Positions 1 to 13,559 of a stretch of DNA of 64,000 nt are shown in pieces. Made by a program: the position numbers and the translations under genes. Position 1 is the stretch's first letter. Each line of letters starts with the position of its first letter. The notes under the pieces are model-generated. The model was given only the letters and a program-made list of their open reading frames with translations. It did not search any database and was not told the DNA's origin. This DNA is from Azolla caroliniana (Eukaryota; Plantae; Polypodiophyta), in assembly GCA_043228905.1 (NCBI GenBank), contig JBHGNT010000005.1, positions 3,286,001-3,350,000 of the forward strand. The letters are read 5' to 3'.

Positions 1-314
1 CCTGTAATATATGTGCTGCTTATTCTTAAGATAAAATACGTAGGATACTTCTTATATTTGTATTGCATCTAACTACTGGTTTTTGGCCAGACTTTAGTTA
101 ATTCAATAAATTATGAAAATTTAGAATACGTCAAATATCTTGAAATGGCAGTCCTATTACGTAGAATACGTGTTAATACTTCAGAGTATTCTGATATGTA
201 TTTTGTACATAAATTACATGTTTTTTAACAAGTGTGTGTAGCCTTAACCAGTAAGCTTTATAACATATATTTCTGAAATCTGAAAAGGTTCATATGAATG
301 CCTAGTAAGCTTGG

Positions 315-2030
315 AAACAAATGTAAGAGTACCCATCACGAAGTTCAAACGTAAGTCCATGACAGTGATGGTCAACGGCTTTTTTCTCTTAGTTTGAGTC
401 TTTTCAATGCAAACTTACCTTCAGCTTCAGTTGCTGATCTTGGACATATTTGTTGGGCTCAAAAATCCTATCATTTGAATAAAAAAATGGTTGGACATTT
501 CTCCTTTCATCTACTATCTGAAAAGGAGCCTTACCTATTGATGTATTCATAATATTATTGTAGGCATTTTCAACTAATAAATAAATAGTGTTCCCAACAT
601 GCTGTTCATCTGTCTGTGGATGAAAACTTTAAGATAGTATCCATTTTCTCAATCAAGCTCTTTAAAATAGACTTGTCATCCCTGGGTTTCAGTCACAAAC
701 TATCGATAAGGGCATGCCATGGTAGGTATAGATATTATTCATATATATTTTAACCATGTCTTCTGACATGATCTTCTTCTTGATGGGAATAAAATGAGGT
801 CACTTAGGGAATTTACATATGGTAGTCAAATTCCTGTTTGTAATCTTCAAACTTCAAAAGTTGAGTCGTGCTCTCGAGACAGGGAGAGAATGTTAAGCAT
901 GTGATTTGGTCCAGCTCATATCTGTAAAGTCCCCAGGTGGGTGACCACAAACCCGGCATCATGTTCTTGTTCGGTTCTCCCAGGTGTGGAACATGATGGG
1001 TTCTGTGTGAAGGGGAAACACACATGTCAACATTGACATATCTCTACTTTGAGCTGGAATCTATACATATTTCCAAGAAATAGCATTGGGTGATAGTGTG
1101 GACAACCCACATGTATTTATATTAAAAACATTTATGAAGTATTCTTAACTAAATCTTTATAGCATCAATTAAATGCGGAAAAGCCTCAAACTATGCTCTA
1201 GCAAGAAGCTTTATTAAGCATACTTGGGTTCTAGTAGATAAAGTTGTAAAAGATGAGCTGAATCTGCTTACACCAGCTTCCATACACTTTGCATTCATCG
1301 GTGAATATTTCTTAAGGGTTTAGGGTTTCTGTCTGTAGGTGCCAAAATCTGTTTGGAAAGATAAATTTCATCCAATTCTTTTAATTCGGGCTGTTCTTCA
1401 AACAGTATATCCTCTTGTATGTCACTTATAATATAAAAGTTCAAGACTTACATGCAATGCATTATCTATCCTCCACCCTTCGGGTAACCTTAGCTGGTAA
1501 AGCCTCATCACATATATTTTCTCAAATAATGAAAAAATAAATTGTAGAAACAACTTAAAGAGTACCCATCACAGGGTGCAAATGCAAGTACAAGGCGATG
1601 GTGATCAACTGCTTTCATTTTTTAGATTGAGTCTTTTCAATGGACATTTGTTGGCCTCAAAAATCCTATTCTTTGAATGCAAAAAGGGTTGTATTTTTCT
1701 CCGTAGTTCCACTATCTCAAAAGGAACTTTACTGTTGATATATGCACAATGGTACTGTATGCATTTTCAGCTAACGTTAAATAGTGTTCCATGCAGTTTT
1801 ATGCTTTGAAGCATAGTATCTAAGCAAATCTAATGCCCCTCTGTCAGTGGATGAAAACTGTAAGAAAGTATACATTTTCTCAAACAAGCTGTAGAAAATA
1901 TACTTGGTGTTCTTGGGTTTCAGTCACTGACCATATACAAGGGCACGCCATGGTAATTAAAAATATTATGCATGTATATTTTCACTGTGTTTTTTGACTT
2001 TATTTTCTTCTTGATGGGAGTAAAATAAGT
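315..2030 (+). repeat. Diverged direct duplication, about 315-800 versus 1548-2030, containing exon-like segments
   Basis: Collinear shared blocks: AAGAGTACCCATCAC, TTGAGTCTTTTCAATG, CTCAAAAATCCTAT, GTGGATGAAAACT, TGGGTTTCAGTCAC, TTCTTCTTGATGGGA. Offset is about 1.23 kb. Confidence 0.8.
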
Positions 2031-4471
2031 TTGTTTGCTTAGTCTACATATGCAGTCAATATTCAGATCATTTCCAGATTGTGATCTTAGAAATCGAATA
2101 TAAAGTCCATAGCTACTTCCCCATAGTCTTAGTTGGCAAAGGCTGCAACCACTACTTTTTTTACTGTCAAAACTAACTATTATGCAACAATTTGATGAAC
2201 TGTACGTAAGGAGTAATTTCAAATGTTCCTCGAAAGTGTTCAGTGCAACCTCTTCTTGAATGGTAATGTGTTTCAATGGTGGATCACTCTTTTGATGCAA
2301 TGTTAAGAATCTTCGTCATAGTTCGAGTTCACAAGTGGATGCCATGATGACGTAGCACAAATTTGTTGAAATCTAGAATAATATATAATCATGAACTGCG
2401 AGAGGTTGGTAAACCTCAACCATTGATTTAACTAAAATTGATCACTGGAGAAATCTTAAATAAATGAAAAAAAAATCCTAAGCTTTTGGACTCATTAAGA
2501 CTTAATTCACATCCAAGAAGCTGGATTGCTCTCGAACAAGAAAGTTCTTGGGCCCAAACAAAGATCAGCACTTCTTATAACTTCTCTTTATGGATACTTG
2601 ATAGAAGAGGACACAAAAAGATAAGAGTTCAGAACCGACAAACACAGCCATTAGTTTAAGCCAATGCAAGGAAATCAATAACCTGATGCTTACTAGGCCA
2701 ATCATATGCTGACCCTGGTGTCTGTTGGCTGTGGCTGCTCTGCTCTGGGTACCATGGCCCTAGGATGTTTCACATTGACCATGCAATGACGTCTCATCTG
2801 AATTAATGTTCTAGAGAAGCAAGTAAATAGTAGTAATAATTAAAAAGTATCAAGTTTCAGGAAAAAGTCTTGTTTTTTCAACCAATTGAAAATTCCTGCT
2901 AATCTGAATCTTTGCCAATATTTTTGAAATTTCACTCTTATTTATTTCAGAAAAATTGAAAAACTTAATTCTACATATGTAATATAGATGTCTCATGTTT
3001 GTGTCAGATATGGCTTATGGAAAAACATTTGTTTCAACCATTTGAAAACTTTATACTTGTGGGAATCTTTGCCAGTATTTATTGAACCTAAATGTGGTCT
3101 ATATAGAGAAGTATGCAAATATTTCTTCAGGCTATGAAAGAAAGAAAGTTTTGTATTAAGTGGGGGTTCATTTTAAATTGGATAGTTGAGATTTTGACCG
3201 ATTTTGTGCCAGCTTTTATGCTATAATTTATAATTTCAAGAAAGTTCAGTTTAATTTATTATTTTGTGTACAAATTTCGTGAAACTTTAATTTTATAGAG
3301 AAGCACACTGGCTGATGTAAAAGAAGATTTTGGAATGCCGAATTTTCATAATTATTAGCCAATGTGCAGTATGCACTCTTTTGCATGTTTTTAGATCTGA
3401 TCAAATAATCTGGTTTCTGCTTGTCTGTGAATCAGATGGGGCAACAAATGCCTTCCAGTTTACCTGGTCGATTACCTTTCCTTGCTGCTAGAGTGCCCCA
3501 TAGCTGGAGAAAACAAATATATTAAACTCACCTAACAATTGTATTATCATGCACCTACTGTTTCCAAATGGCTAGATAATAAGGGACATAACACCATCTT
3601 TCATGACTTATATCATCATAGCTGGGAAAACCATATCTGTCTGCCTCATTCTATCTCATGATAGCTTTTACAATTATGGGAATTCTGAAATGAACTTGTT
3701 AATACAGTTTTGCAGTGGGCAGATCAATACTATATCTATCAAGTATACATAACACATTCATACTTTCAGTTTCTCTACTTTGCAATTTGTCTTGCACATA
3801 GGCCCCGGCCCCACGGACCACGTCCTTAGCACCCTTGTCATTGACAGATAAAGGCCATTATCTCCCGCTATCGCTGGTTCTTCCCTCGCTTCAGAGACCT
3901 CTCCATTCTGGATCGATCTATGCTAGAGATCTTTTGAAGACAAAAGTTATAATATATCTAACTTGAGAATCTCACATGTGCGAAAACTAGATTCTTTAGT
4001 CTCATTTTATCTTATTTACTTTTATATTTAGTGAATAATATTTATTTTAATTTGCTTTGTTGTTCTCAACGACGAGACAACACTTATGATGTAATCTCTT
4101 GTTGGTCTTATAGGCCATTTTGTCCTCTTAAAAGACGTTAATGTATCTATCTTTCTTTCTTTCTTTCATCCACCTCCTAGAATCCCTTAGGTCATCAGTG
4201 TGTGATTACTTGTTATTTTGTCAACGTAACACATTTTGTGAACATGGGCAGATCTCCTCTCATTTGAAAATTTGCATGTTCTTCCAAAGTACTTGGATAT
4301 CTGTTACTGTTATAAAGAGATTATAGATTGTCAATGGGAAGCCCATATGTCAAATAAGAATATAATGTATCTATTAGAGAACTTTCCTACTTTGAGATCA
4401 TATCTATAAAATAGATCAATTTCTGTAACTGGCACCATTCTTTTTTTGCCTAAAAGATTCTTTCTTCACAG

Positions 4472-5610
4472 CCATGAAGCACAACTTTAATTTTCTGCAA
4501 TGCCAAGATTGATGCGTATAGAGGCTCAATGTGTCTCGCTGCAGTCAAATGGCGGAGCTATTGAGGCCACTGGGTCGACAGCTGATTCCATCAAGAAAGA
4601 CAACTTATCTTTGACGAAATATGAAAACATGGTTATGGAGGAGTTAAAGAGATAGACAAAAGCCTTATATTGAAATGCATGTCAGATAATCAACTCCGTC
4701 TTTTTGAATTTTAAGCCAGAAGTGACAGAGAAGTTAGTGTGATTGCTTGTGAGTTGCAACTGCAAGGAATGTGGAGATCACTGCCAAATTAAGAGCTAGG
4801 AAGGAGCTCCATGCATTGTACTTCGACTGAGGCTTGAGAACCTACATAAATTTTTTTCTTTTTGTTTCTTACCGTGAAGAACACAGTGAATAGAGTAGAT
4901 TGGAGCATGTGAAAAAGGAGAGGGAGAGAGACCAAGTGGGTATAGATCAGTTGGTATGGTTGTCTGGGGAAGATAAATGGTCATTTGTTCCCCTATTGCG
5001 CAGTTGGTTGGATTTGAACCCATGTCTACTGATGAGTAAAAAATGCCGACTTAGTCATAGGGTGCAACAAAGATGGTGATGTACTTACAGGACCCAGAAA
5101 AGTATTACAAGAAGTTTTCTTTGCTACTGTCAAGGGAAAATGTGCCTTGAAAGGTTATATTAATAAATACACCCATGACGAGGTCAAAGAATTGATGCAA
5201 AGCAATGGAAATACAAATGTGACCCATTATCAGGACAAGGATATTATATGGACAAAACTTATAGATGACTTGGAAAGGCAAATGTTTAGAGTCGAGTTGT
5301 AGGAATCAAGTTGAGGTCACATGTTCCTCCTGCATTTTGTCAGAGTATATGAATGTGCCGAAGAGATAAGAGTGGGTGTTCTTAATTTGAAGAGGTCATG
5401 GAATGTTCATGCATTGGGCAATCGATGGTGAAAAACATTTGCAATGACTGCTTCACATTGAGAGACCAAAACCAACCTACTCTGGAATCGACTAATTTAA
5501 ATTTATCTCAAGAGCTGTAAGGTCAATCTTTGTTATTTTGGAGACGATCATGAATATTCCTGTTTAGATGAGAAGAGCAGGGTAAAAGGTGTTTAGGTTA
5601 GGCAGTGAGT
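4472..5610 (+). pseudogene. Decayed protein-coding relic of unknown family, interrupted by a SINE-like insert
   Basis: One frame reads QSNGGAIEATG...ELKR*TKALY*NACQ...CNCKECGDHC...RLENLHK. After removing 4851-~5071 it continues in frame as DGDVLTGPRKVLQEVFF...RQMFRVEL*. There are scattered TAG/TGA stops and no domain I recognise. Confidence 0.35.
4851..5066 (-). mobile_element. tRNA-derived SINE candidate
   Basis: Minus strand has an A-box-like TGACTAAGTCGG (5057-5046), a B-box GGTTCAAATCC (5020-5010), a body of about 140 bp and an A-rich tail AAGAAACAAAAAGAAAAAAA (4870-4851). The host frame is restored on removal. No clean TSD. Confidence 0.45.
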
Positions 5611-6407
5611 TTATATGAGAAAGTTCTTAATGCAATTGTTCACAAGAGTGTGTGAAGAAGCTTTCTTTGACTTGTATATGGATGGGCCAATAATAGATTG
5701 ACGTGTACCTATCAAAACACCTATTCCCCAGCAAACAGTAGCGATCACCTTGATGTACAACAAATCTCGCTCTCAAAATGTCAGATCATCATGTGTAACA
5801 TTGGAACCCCAACCTGTTGTATCCTTACATTAAAATCTGTTTTTTATGTATATATGTGTTTTATTTTCAAGAAACAAGGAGAATTACCATTCATATTTTG
5901 TGGACATCATAACCCAAACTATGTCATATACAAGCTTAAAAAAGGTTCAAGTGAGCAACCCTCTACACGACTACAATGGGAAGCATGAACATAACCTAAA
6001 CTTACATGAAATTGCAGTGGACACGTTGCTAATAAATCTAAAAATGTACCCATGTGCATGGTTTTGTGTGAATGGCTTTTTTAAATCTCTTGACTTAAAG
6101 AGTAATAACCATTGGACTCTTTCATGCTGTGATTAATGGAGACATGTATCCAAATTGGGCACTATTCATTGGTGGTTGCTTGAAATTGTACGTGACTTTC
6201 ACTGTTATTACATACAATCCTTATAAAATATAATGAGATCAAACAATTCTTTGAGTTTCACATCTGAATAGATGCTGGTAATCCAAGCTAAAAAAGGGAT
6301 GCCACACTCTTGATTCAACACATTTATTGTGAAATGTCACAATATTATTGGTGACTAAAATAAATAGATGTTGGTATTCAAAGTAAAAGGAAAGTCTCAG
6401 TCTACAA

Positions 6408-6410
<3 letters not shown>

Positions 6411-6460
<50 letters not shown>

Positions 6461-6466
6461 CGCGCA
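6411..6466. repeat. (TG)n-(CG)n compound microsatellite
   Basis: Directly visible uninterrupted alternating purine-pyrimidine tract of about 56 bp. Confidence 0.95.
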
Positions 6467-7253
6467 ATATATATCAATTTGCATGTCACAATATATATTA
6501 TGTGATCAGTTTGGAGACACAAACATGGGTAATGTGAAAGTGAAGAAAAAATGTGGTGGTAGGAAAATTCAAACCAAAGGCATCCAAACACCTAAATATA
6601 CAAAACATAGGACATACAAAGGGATCATCTAAGGGAAAGTCTAAATAATTGATATGGAAGAGAAGTTGATCAACCAAAATTCTGCACATTAATAACAGTC
6701 TAGAGAGTGTAGCATCAAACCCATGTGAAAAACCAATGGCAAAGGGTTCAAGGTCTTGTGGTCAAAAGCCAAAGAGCCAAAAGAAGCTTTGACGTTGATG
6801 AGAAAGGAGCCATAATATTAAACAATGGGTAATTAATTGATTCTAAATATCAAATCCATTGATCCAATAGACATCAATTCCCATGCCCAATGATTCATTT
6901 TCTTATACTTCTGTAATTGCCTTGTAGCTCCTCAAATGCAAGGTTATACACATCAATGAGTATTCCCAATACACCCTCTTTCCCATACTTCTTTCATGAG
7001 CCATAATTTTCCTTAGAGCATGCAAATCCAATATGCATCAATGACTATATTCTCGAATACACCATTGATCTTGTACTTCCCAATATGCAATCGGGCTTGC
7101 GATTCTCTAATGATTCATTGACCTTTCTTTGTAGAAGTATAGGGCACAAACCCTATAGTGAACATTATCCTTGTTGGAATTGAGGTCTCCAATACTACAT
7201 CATGTGAGCAAGGGCTTCTTTAGGTGATGTGAAATAGTCAGAAATACATTTAG

Positions 7254-7407
7254 AGTGAAGGAGACGTATGAACTATCTAAGTAAATCTTGTGCTAAAGTA
7301 CAATAGGAATGCCTGTTACATTTTAAAGCTAGTGAAGGAGAGGGTGGAGCTATCTAAGTAAATATTGTGCTAACGTACAATAGGAATGTCCGTTACATTT
7401 TAAAGCT
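7254..7407. repeat. 77-bp tandem duplication (2 copies)
   Basis: AGTGAAGGAGA...CTATCTAAGTAAAT...GTTACATTTTAAAGCT at 7254-7330 and 7331-7407. Confidence 0.9.
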
Positions 7408-9329
7408 AATGAAAATCGTTTCTATGTAAACCTAAAATTAGGGCCATTGTTGGGTCTATATCATTCCCATATCTAGAAATATTGCATTGATAATATTGTC
7501 ATATAGAAAAACAATAATTACTATCATAGTTGCAATTGTGATCTTGGAAAAAGCAACCTCCACACACACACAAAATTGCACAACAAAGTATCAAGAACTC
7601 TCAGTTAAGTCCAAAAGTGCAATGCTAAATGGATTCGGGGTCAATTCTATGTAACACTTCAGACTTTGTACCAAATGGAACACAATACAACACAGTTCAA
7701 TATTCAATACCCCTCACTACCCCCCACCCCCCAACCACAAATAAGCCTTCTCTGTGGACATTCACTAACATGGTAATGACGTTAACATTCATCAAGTACC
7801 ATTGAAATGGTTGACACTAGTGATTAACAATAAGTATGCCCTTTATCAAATTATTGAGCCTAACTAGGTGGGATATTTGATTAGTAAGATATCCATTTGA
7901 CAAAACCACTTAATTGTTGACATTTCAAGATATATCTTTTGTTAGTTCTGAAAAGGTCAACTCTTGAATGTGAATGACATTTGTCTAAATTATCTTAAAT
8001 TGAGGTTGAATGTTAGAATTTGGTACCCTACAACATTTGTAACTTGAAGAGACCAAATGTGACAAAATTTAGTAAAGATTATTGTCAATGCCCTTGGGAC
8101 AATGAGAGAATCCAATGGACCCCATGAATCGTATTTGTGAAACCTTTGCCTCATTTCCTTTGATTAACATTTGCTTTCCACTTTAATGCTTACGTTTTTA
8201 CACTAGTTTTGCATCATTTCCCTTCATTGGCACATATTTTCACTTTGACACACAAGTTTGTACACTATCTTGTATTCACCCTTTTTCATTTTCCGCATTT
8301 TAATTTTACTATGGTAATGTGATAGAAATTGAATCCATTGGGGTTTTATGAGTGAAGATCACTAGAGGACTAGTGATTGTAAGTTCAAGGATATTGAAAT
8401 AGTTTTCTTGTTGTCCATGTTATGCATGGACTTGAAGATATATTGTCTCGAAAATGAAGTTAAGTTAGAGTGTTTCAATTAAGAAAGTCAAACTCCTAGT
8501 TTTCCATGTTTACATGCACATTTTCATATGTAAGGTTCCTTTATTTTATCGTAATGGTTATGTTTAGTGAACTCAAAAACCAGTCAAGGAGGAACACTCA
8601 ATATCTCCTTTTACAACTTTTATATATATTATGTGGGTATTTTTACATATCAATTTGATCAACAATACTAGATTGTCACTCTACAAAATAACAATTGTCA
8701 TATGTGAGGCGTTCTTTTATATGGGTGCATGTTATTGTCTTGTCTAAAATGAAAGCATTGTAATATGGATCGTGAAGCATCAATACCCATTGATCCAAAG
8801 TAGCTACTCTATTTTGCATTGTCCTTTGTCCCAATTGTCAATAATATCCACTCTAGGCCCATTTCATTCGTCTTCGACCATCAACTCATAGGGGTAATCA
8901 TTTTCCTTTCCATTAGTCCCCACCATGATTGATATTGTGACCACTTCTCCACCACATTGTATTTGGATGGCATGTCTATATTCTTTTGCGCCTTCAAGGC
9001 TTCTTGTGTTCCTTCATTGCTTACAAAAACTACATTATGGTGTGCGTAAATGTCATTCACAACGCAAAAAGATAGTCGTTTCTTTTACTAGTTCTTTCAT
9101 TATAATCCACATTAACAAAGATGGTGATATGCCTTTTGTTTCAAAACAAAATATCCTTCCATTAGTTATATAAAAAGGTCATAACGGCTACAACATACAA
9201 AGTATTTTTTCCCCAAGCCCGTCTTGTGTAAGACAATGGCTGAGGAAACAAATCTATGTACTCCAAAGTAGAGAAAACAGTCCACTAATTGCAAGCTATT
9301 CCAAAGACACATTGCAAGGTATCCATATC

Positions 9330-9850
9330 CATAGACAACAACAAAAGTAGCTATATTTGGAAACAAGCCCTCACAAGTCATAGTCATGAACCATTTCAAT
9401 ACTTCTTCAACCTGCTCCTATTCAACATAATCTTTATCCAAAAAACCGAGTGTTATTCAAGGTAGATAAAAGTGTATTCCATGCCTATACATCTCGGATT
9501 TGAAGGCGATCAAATACACTACGTGCTTTTTCAAGAGAACCACATTTCCCATTTCTGACTATAAACTCAACAAGTATGCTTCCTCTTTCTACATCAACCA
9601 TCTCGCAGGATTACCACCAAATTCCTTTACATACAACAACAAATTAAGTCAAGTTTCCTCCACTCCTCATGAGCTTATGCTTTGGCTCCCACACCATCAT
9701 CACTCATCCTTATCAAAAACATATAAACTGCTTCGGTAAGTCCTCATCAACCATCCCGTTGATTACCAAAATCAGAAAATGCTTCATTTTCCGCATCCAC
9801 CATCTCGCCCTTGTCACTCCACAAGACTGGCCCTATCACATCCGCCTCTT
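9330..9850 (-). pseudogene. Degenerate PLS-type PPR gene fragment
   Basis: Minus strand from 9583 reads GSILVEF...GKCGSLEKARSVFDRLQIRDV*AWNTLLS, then after a frameshift DYVE*EQVEEVLKWFMTMTCEGLFPNIATFVVV. These match S- and P-type PPR motifs. Weaker PPR-like text extends up to about 9850. Confidence 0.7.
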
Positions 9851-9899
9851 TTATGTCCTTCATATCAAATTTAAGTTAAAAAGGAAAGAAGAAACTATA

Positions 9900-10720
9900 T
9901 ACCTCACCAATATCTTTGAAATAAGAAAGGACTAGGAGGAAGGAATAGCCAATGTGACTCATCCAGCCATAGAGGTATTGGCCACCATATTTTACAAAAT
10001 TTTCACCTTTTCTTATGCACCTTTTCCGGTGTTCCTTTAATACTATCATACTCTCACTTAACTGTGTGCACCAAGTTGTTCCAGAACATCTTAATCATAT
10101 CCACCACATTGTACTCGATGCCTTCATATTTCTTGTTGCAACGACACTTCCACCACACCCATAAAGCATTAATTGAAACATTATTCCAAACAAAAGAATC
10201 TCTAAGCAATTTACCACCAAGAATGTTAGGAAGAACTGCTTAAATTGTACTCTCCGACACACGTAATGCTTCTGCACATTGCTCCACATCGTACAAAGAT
10301 ACCAGCACATCCAAAGACCCCTAGAAAACAGCCCCCCATGTAAAAATTGCTCCCTTATATTTACAAGAAAATGTCCTCAATATTCTTCCCCAATACTTTC
10401 GAGCTACACTACAAGTCCAAAATAAATGTTTCAAAGTTTCCTCCTGTACTTGGCAACACACACAACGGCGATCATCGACTTATCCTTCTAAATGAAAACC
10501 TACATGTAAAGAATAATGAAGCATTAACCACTTAAAAGAAATTGCTCTCCGCATACATGGTAGAGCAAATAAACTTTTCCAATAAGCCACTATATATTGA
10601 TGCGATATAGCACCTGACTCCCAATACTTTTGTGCATCAAGATTTATGCAATGATGTTTCATCAAAAAATATCTCCCATATGCCACGGAATATTGGAAAA
10701 AGGGAAGAATCCTACTCTCT
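9900..10720 (-). mobile_element. L1-like LINE, 3' end of ORF2 (zf-RVT region), 5'-truncated and decayed
   Basis: Translation gives FKWLMLHYSLHVG...DDRRCVCCQVQEETLKHLFWTCSVARKYW (CxxC...HLFWxC) and ALWVWWKCRCNKKY. Clearly homologous to 62085-62344 in the opposite orientation. Confidence 0.85.
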
Positions 10721-12595
10721 AGAAAACAGACCTTTTGCATCTATCTCCTTAAAATTACACCCTTCTTGCATTAATCCCCTATAAAAATGTATGCTTTTGG
10801 AACACAAGTAAAACTATGAAAGTTGTTCGGTAGTTAAAGTATGCTTCAAAGATATTGATATATCCTTCATGGGAAAGAGCTCCTTGAGGACAAATCCTTG
10901 GTTTTGAAAACTTGAATCATGTTTAACAATTGAATGGAAATATCTAAAATACAATTGATGTGAGTAGTTCAAAGGATAATGGGTTTTGCACCTCTATTTC
11001 TTGCATTTACCCAAAAGAGCTAGGGAGAGAACAAAAGTTCGATCAAAATTTGCTCATAATTGTTTTTGCAATATTAACATGTTTGATGCCATTGTGACCA
11101 AGCAAAAGAGGTAATATAGACAAGTGGCAACCCAATCTTTGTCAACTTTAGGTAGGCTAGGCTACATTGCATCTTAGCATGTCTTATCATTGATAGTTTT
11201 TAATAGGAAAATGTGCCCACGTCGGGCAACCCCTAAGATTCATCAGGGAGGTGCCCATGCCTAGATACTACAAAGCCTTAGTGATTCTCAAAAGGACAAC
11301 TCCCCTCATGGAAGATGGATTAGTACGTTAAGGGATATTGGCCTACATAGGAATGCATTTGGCAAAAGCAAATTTGAGGGAAAGTGTGGAGAAATGCTCT
11401 TTGACACACCTTAAAGTATTGGTCATATCTAGTAGAGGTAAAGGTAAGGAATATCATGTTTGGGATCAAGTTCATATACTATACATTTGCATTCCATTAT
11501 TCTTTAGAAAAGACTCGTACAATCATACTGATATCAATACAATGTCTTGAAAAATTATTCCATTTCCATAAAACCTTGGTTACGCACGCACGCGCGTGCT
11601 CATACACATACTTATATATACATATATGAATGTTGCTACATGTGTAATGGAACCACTTGTTAGACATCCTCCTATAGAAAATGGCCATTGCAAATTTATT
11701 ACGACACAATGTACAAATGTAACTTGTGTGGTGTTGTCTATTAAAAGTTCAAATTTTGAACATGATGGTTGCTATCTCACATTTAAAATCAATTTATAGA
11801 AACGTTGTGCAGCATACCTATTGTATGTATAGATATAACTCCCTCGTCCCCATACTCTAACCTCTTATAATTTATTCTCATTCTCATTGCCATGTGGCAT
11901 TTAATGCACATGTTGATTACCAAGCATAGATAGCATTGGAATTTTAGCACCACCAACTCACAAGCTATAAAGAAATATTCAATAAGAGAAAGAGTCAAAG
12001 TGAATAAACAAGCACAATTGATTTTAATTATTGGCTTATAGTATCAAGAAACATAAATGTGTTGCTTATACTATGTATGATCCATCATATTCATGTGGGG
12101 GGGTACTTTATGACCCCAAGAAAAATTGGTGATTGCCAAACTTTATTTCTTAATATAAATAGATGTGTTGTCCCATTACTCACATTAACTGAAACAATCC
12201 TCCCACCTATTCACACAATGGATGTAGCCATTGTCCATTGGTGCAAACTAGATTTGGACTCTTGGAGATTTAAGTATGTCGCTTTTCATCCATACATACT
12301 TACGCATGTACATGCACATACAAACACTTACATTTCCACAAGTGTGTACATGTCACATTTGTAAGTACAACATGGATGTGGGTATGCATGCATACTACAC
12401 ATACGAATACGTGAGGACCATTGCTTTACTCTTTTGTTATTTACTTTATAAGCCTTTTTGGTTGGAACTTTGCATGAATGCAAGTGTGCCAATGTTTTGT
12501 TTCTGGGTGTGTAATAAGTGCATGAGCAATTTGCAATTTGCAATTGGGAATGTGTATGTGTATCATCATACATGTGCACAAGATATCAGATTTGG

Positions 12596-12629
<34 letters not shown>

Positions 12630-12846
12630 TAAGGTGGACAAATAATTGCTTTAGCAATGTTTTCAAAGAAGTATGTATGTCGGTAAGACTAAGAACATGC
12701 GAGTAGAGGAATTGTTCAAATTCTCATTCATGTATGCATTTTTTGACAAAGAGACCTTTTCTCAAACTTGTGTTGTGTTGTGTTGTGTATGTGTGTGGCA
12801 GAAAAAAGGCTTGCAAACAAGTTGAATGTTGGGATCAGATGGATCC

Positions 12847-12945
12847 ACCATGGAGACTTCATAGTTCATTAAACACATATATATACCAACCATGGAGACT
12901 TCACAATTCATTAAACATATATATGCCAAACGTGGAGAATTCATA
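12847..12945. repeat. Tandem repeat of about 41 bp (about 2.3 copies), next to (TG)n at 12597-12628
   Basis: CCATGGAGACTTCA(T/C)A(G/A)TTCATTAAACA..TATAT..CCAA repeated. Confidence 0.8.
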
Positions 12946-13559
12946 CATAACCTTTAACAACGAAACAAATTTGACCAAGAGGGAGAGAGTAGGTTTCACT
13001 TTATGACTTGTGTAGTGGCTAGATCAATTTGGACATATATATATCTACAGTGTTGGCTTTGATAACTTGGGTTATGAGAACAACCATTCTAAGGGGTATG
13101 TGCACAAGTTGAGTTTGGATTGCCTTTGCACACTTTCAATTTGAGTTCTTGAGGTATCAAGTTGATGATGGCATAATTGGCAAGTTTGAAATGCTTTTGT
13201 ACCGAGATGGAATTTGGGGTTCAAAGTGTAATAGAAGACTTCAAAGTATGTTTACTATGGGAAGATCTCCTTATTGGAAACTTCAACGATATTAACACGG
13301 GAAGAGGTCCAAACACATGAGAGAGGTGACATAACCCTAATACTAACTAATAGGAAGAGCAAGCTTAACTTAGCCACCAATCCTAAGTAATATGTCTCAA
13401 TTGTTTGTTGGTCGGGTATGATTCCCACACCCAAAAATAAAGGAGATTTATCATTATTATTATTATTATTATTGTTATTGGTAGCCTCATTATTATTCTT
13501 ATAATTGTAAATGTGGAATTTCTAGTGAATTAGAGGATAGATTTATACAAGAAGTGAGA

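Noticed and set aside
4995-5066. Functional tRNA gene with a CAT or TCA anticodon
   Set aside because: The acceptor and D stems do not pair and the anticodon loop is 6 nt. Treated as a SINE head or relic.
6870-8500. Faint PPR-like or retroelement-like text (also near 13000-13400, 24400-25400, 34800-35900 and 40070-40720)
   Set aside because: Too decayed to assign by eye; would need RepeatMasker or tblastx.
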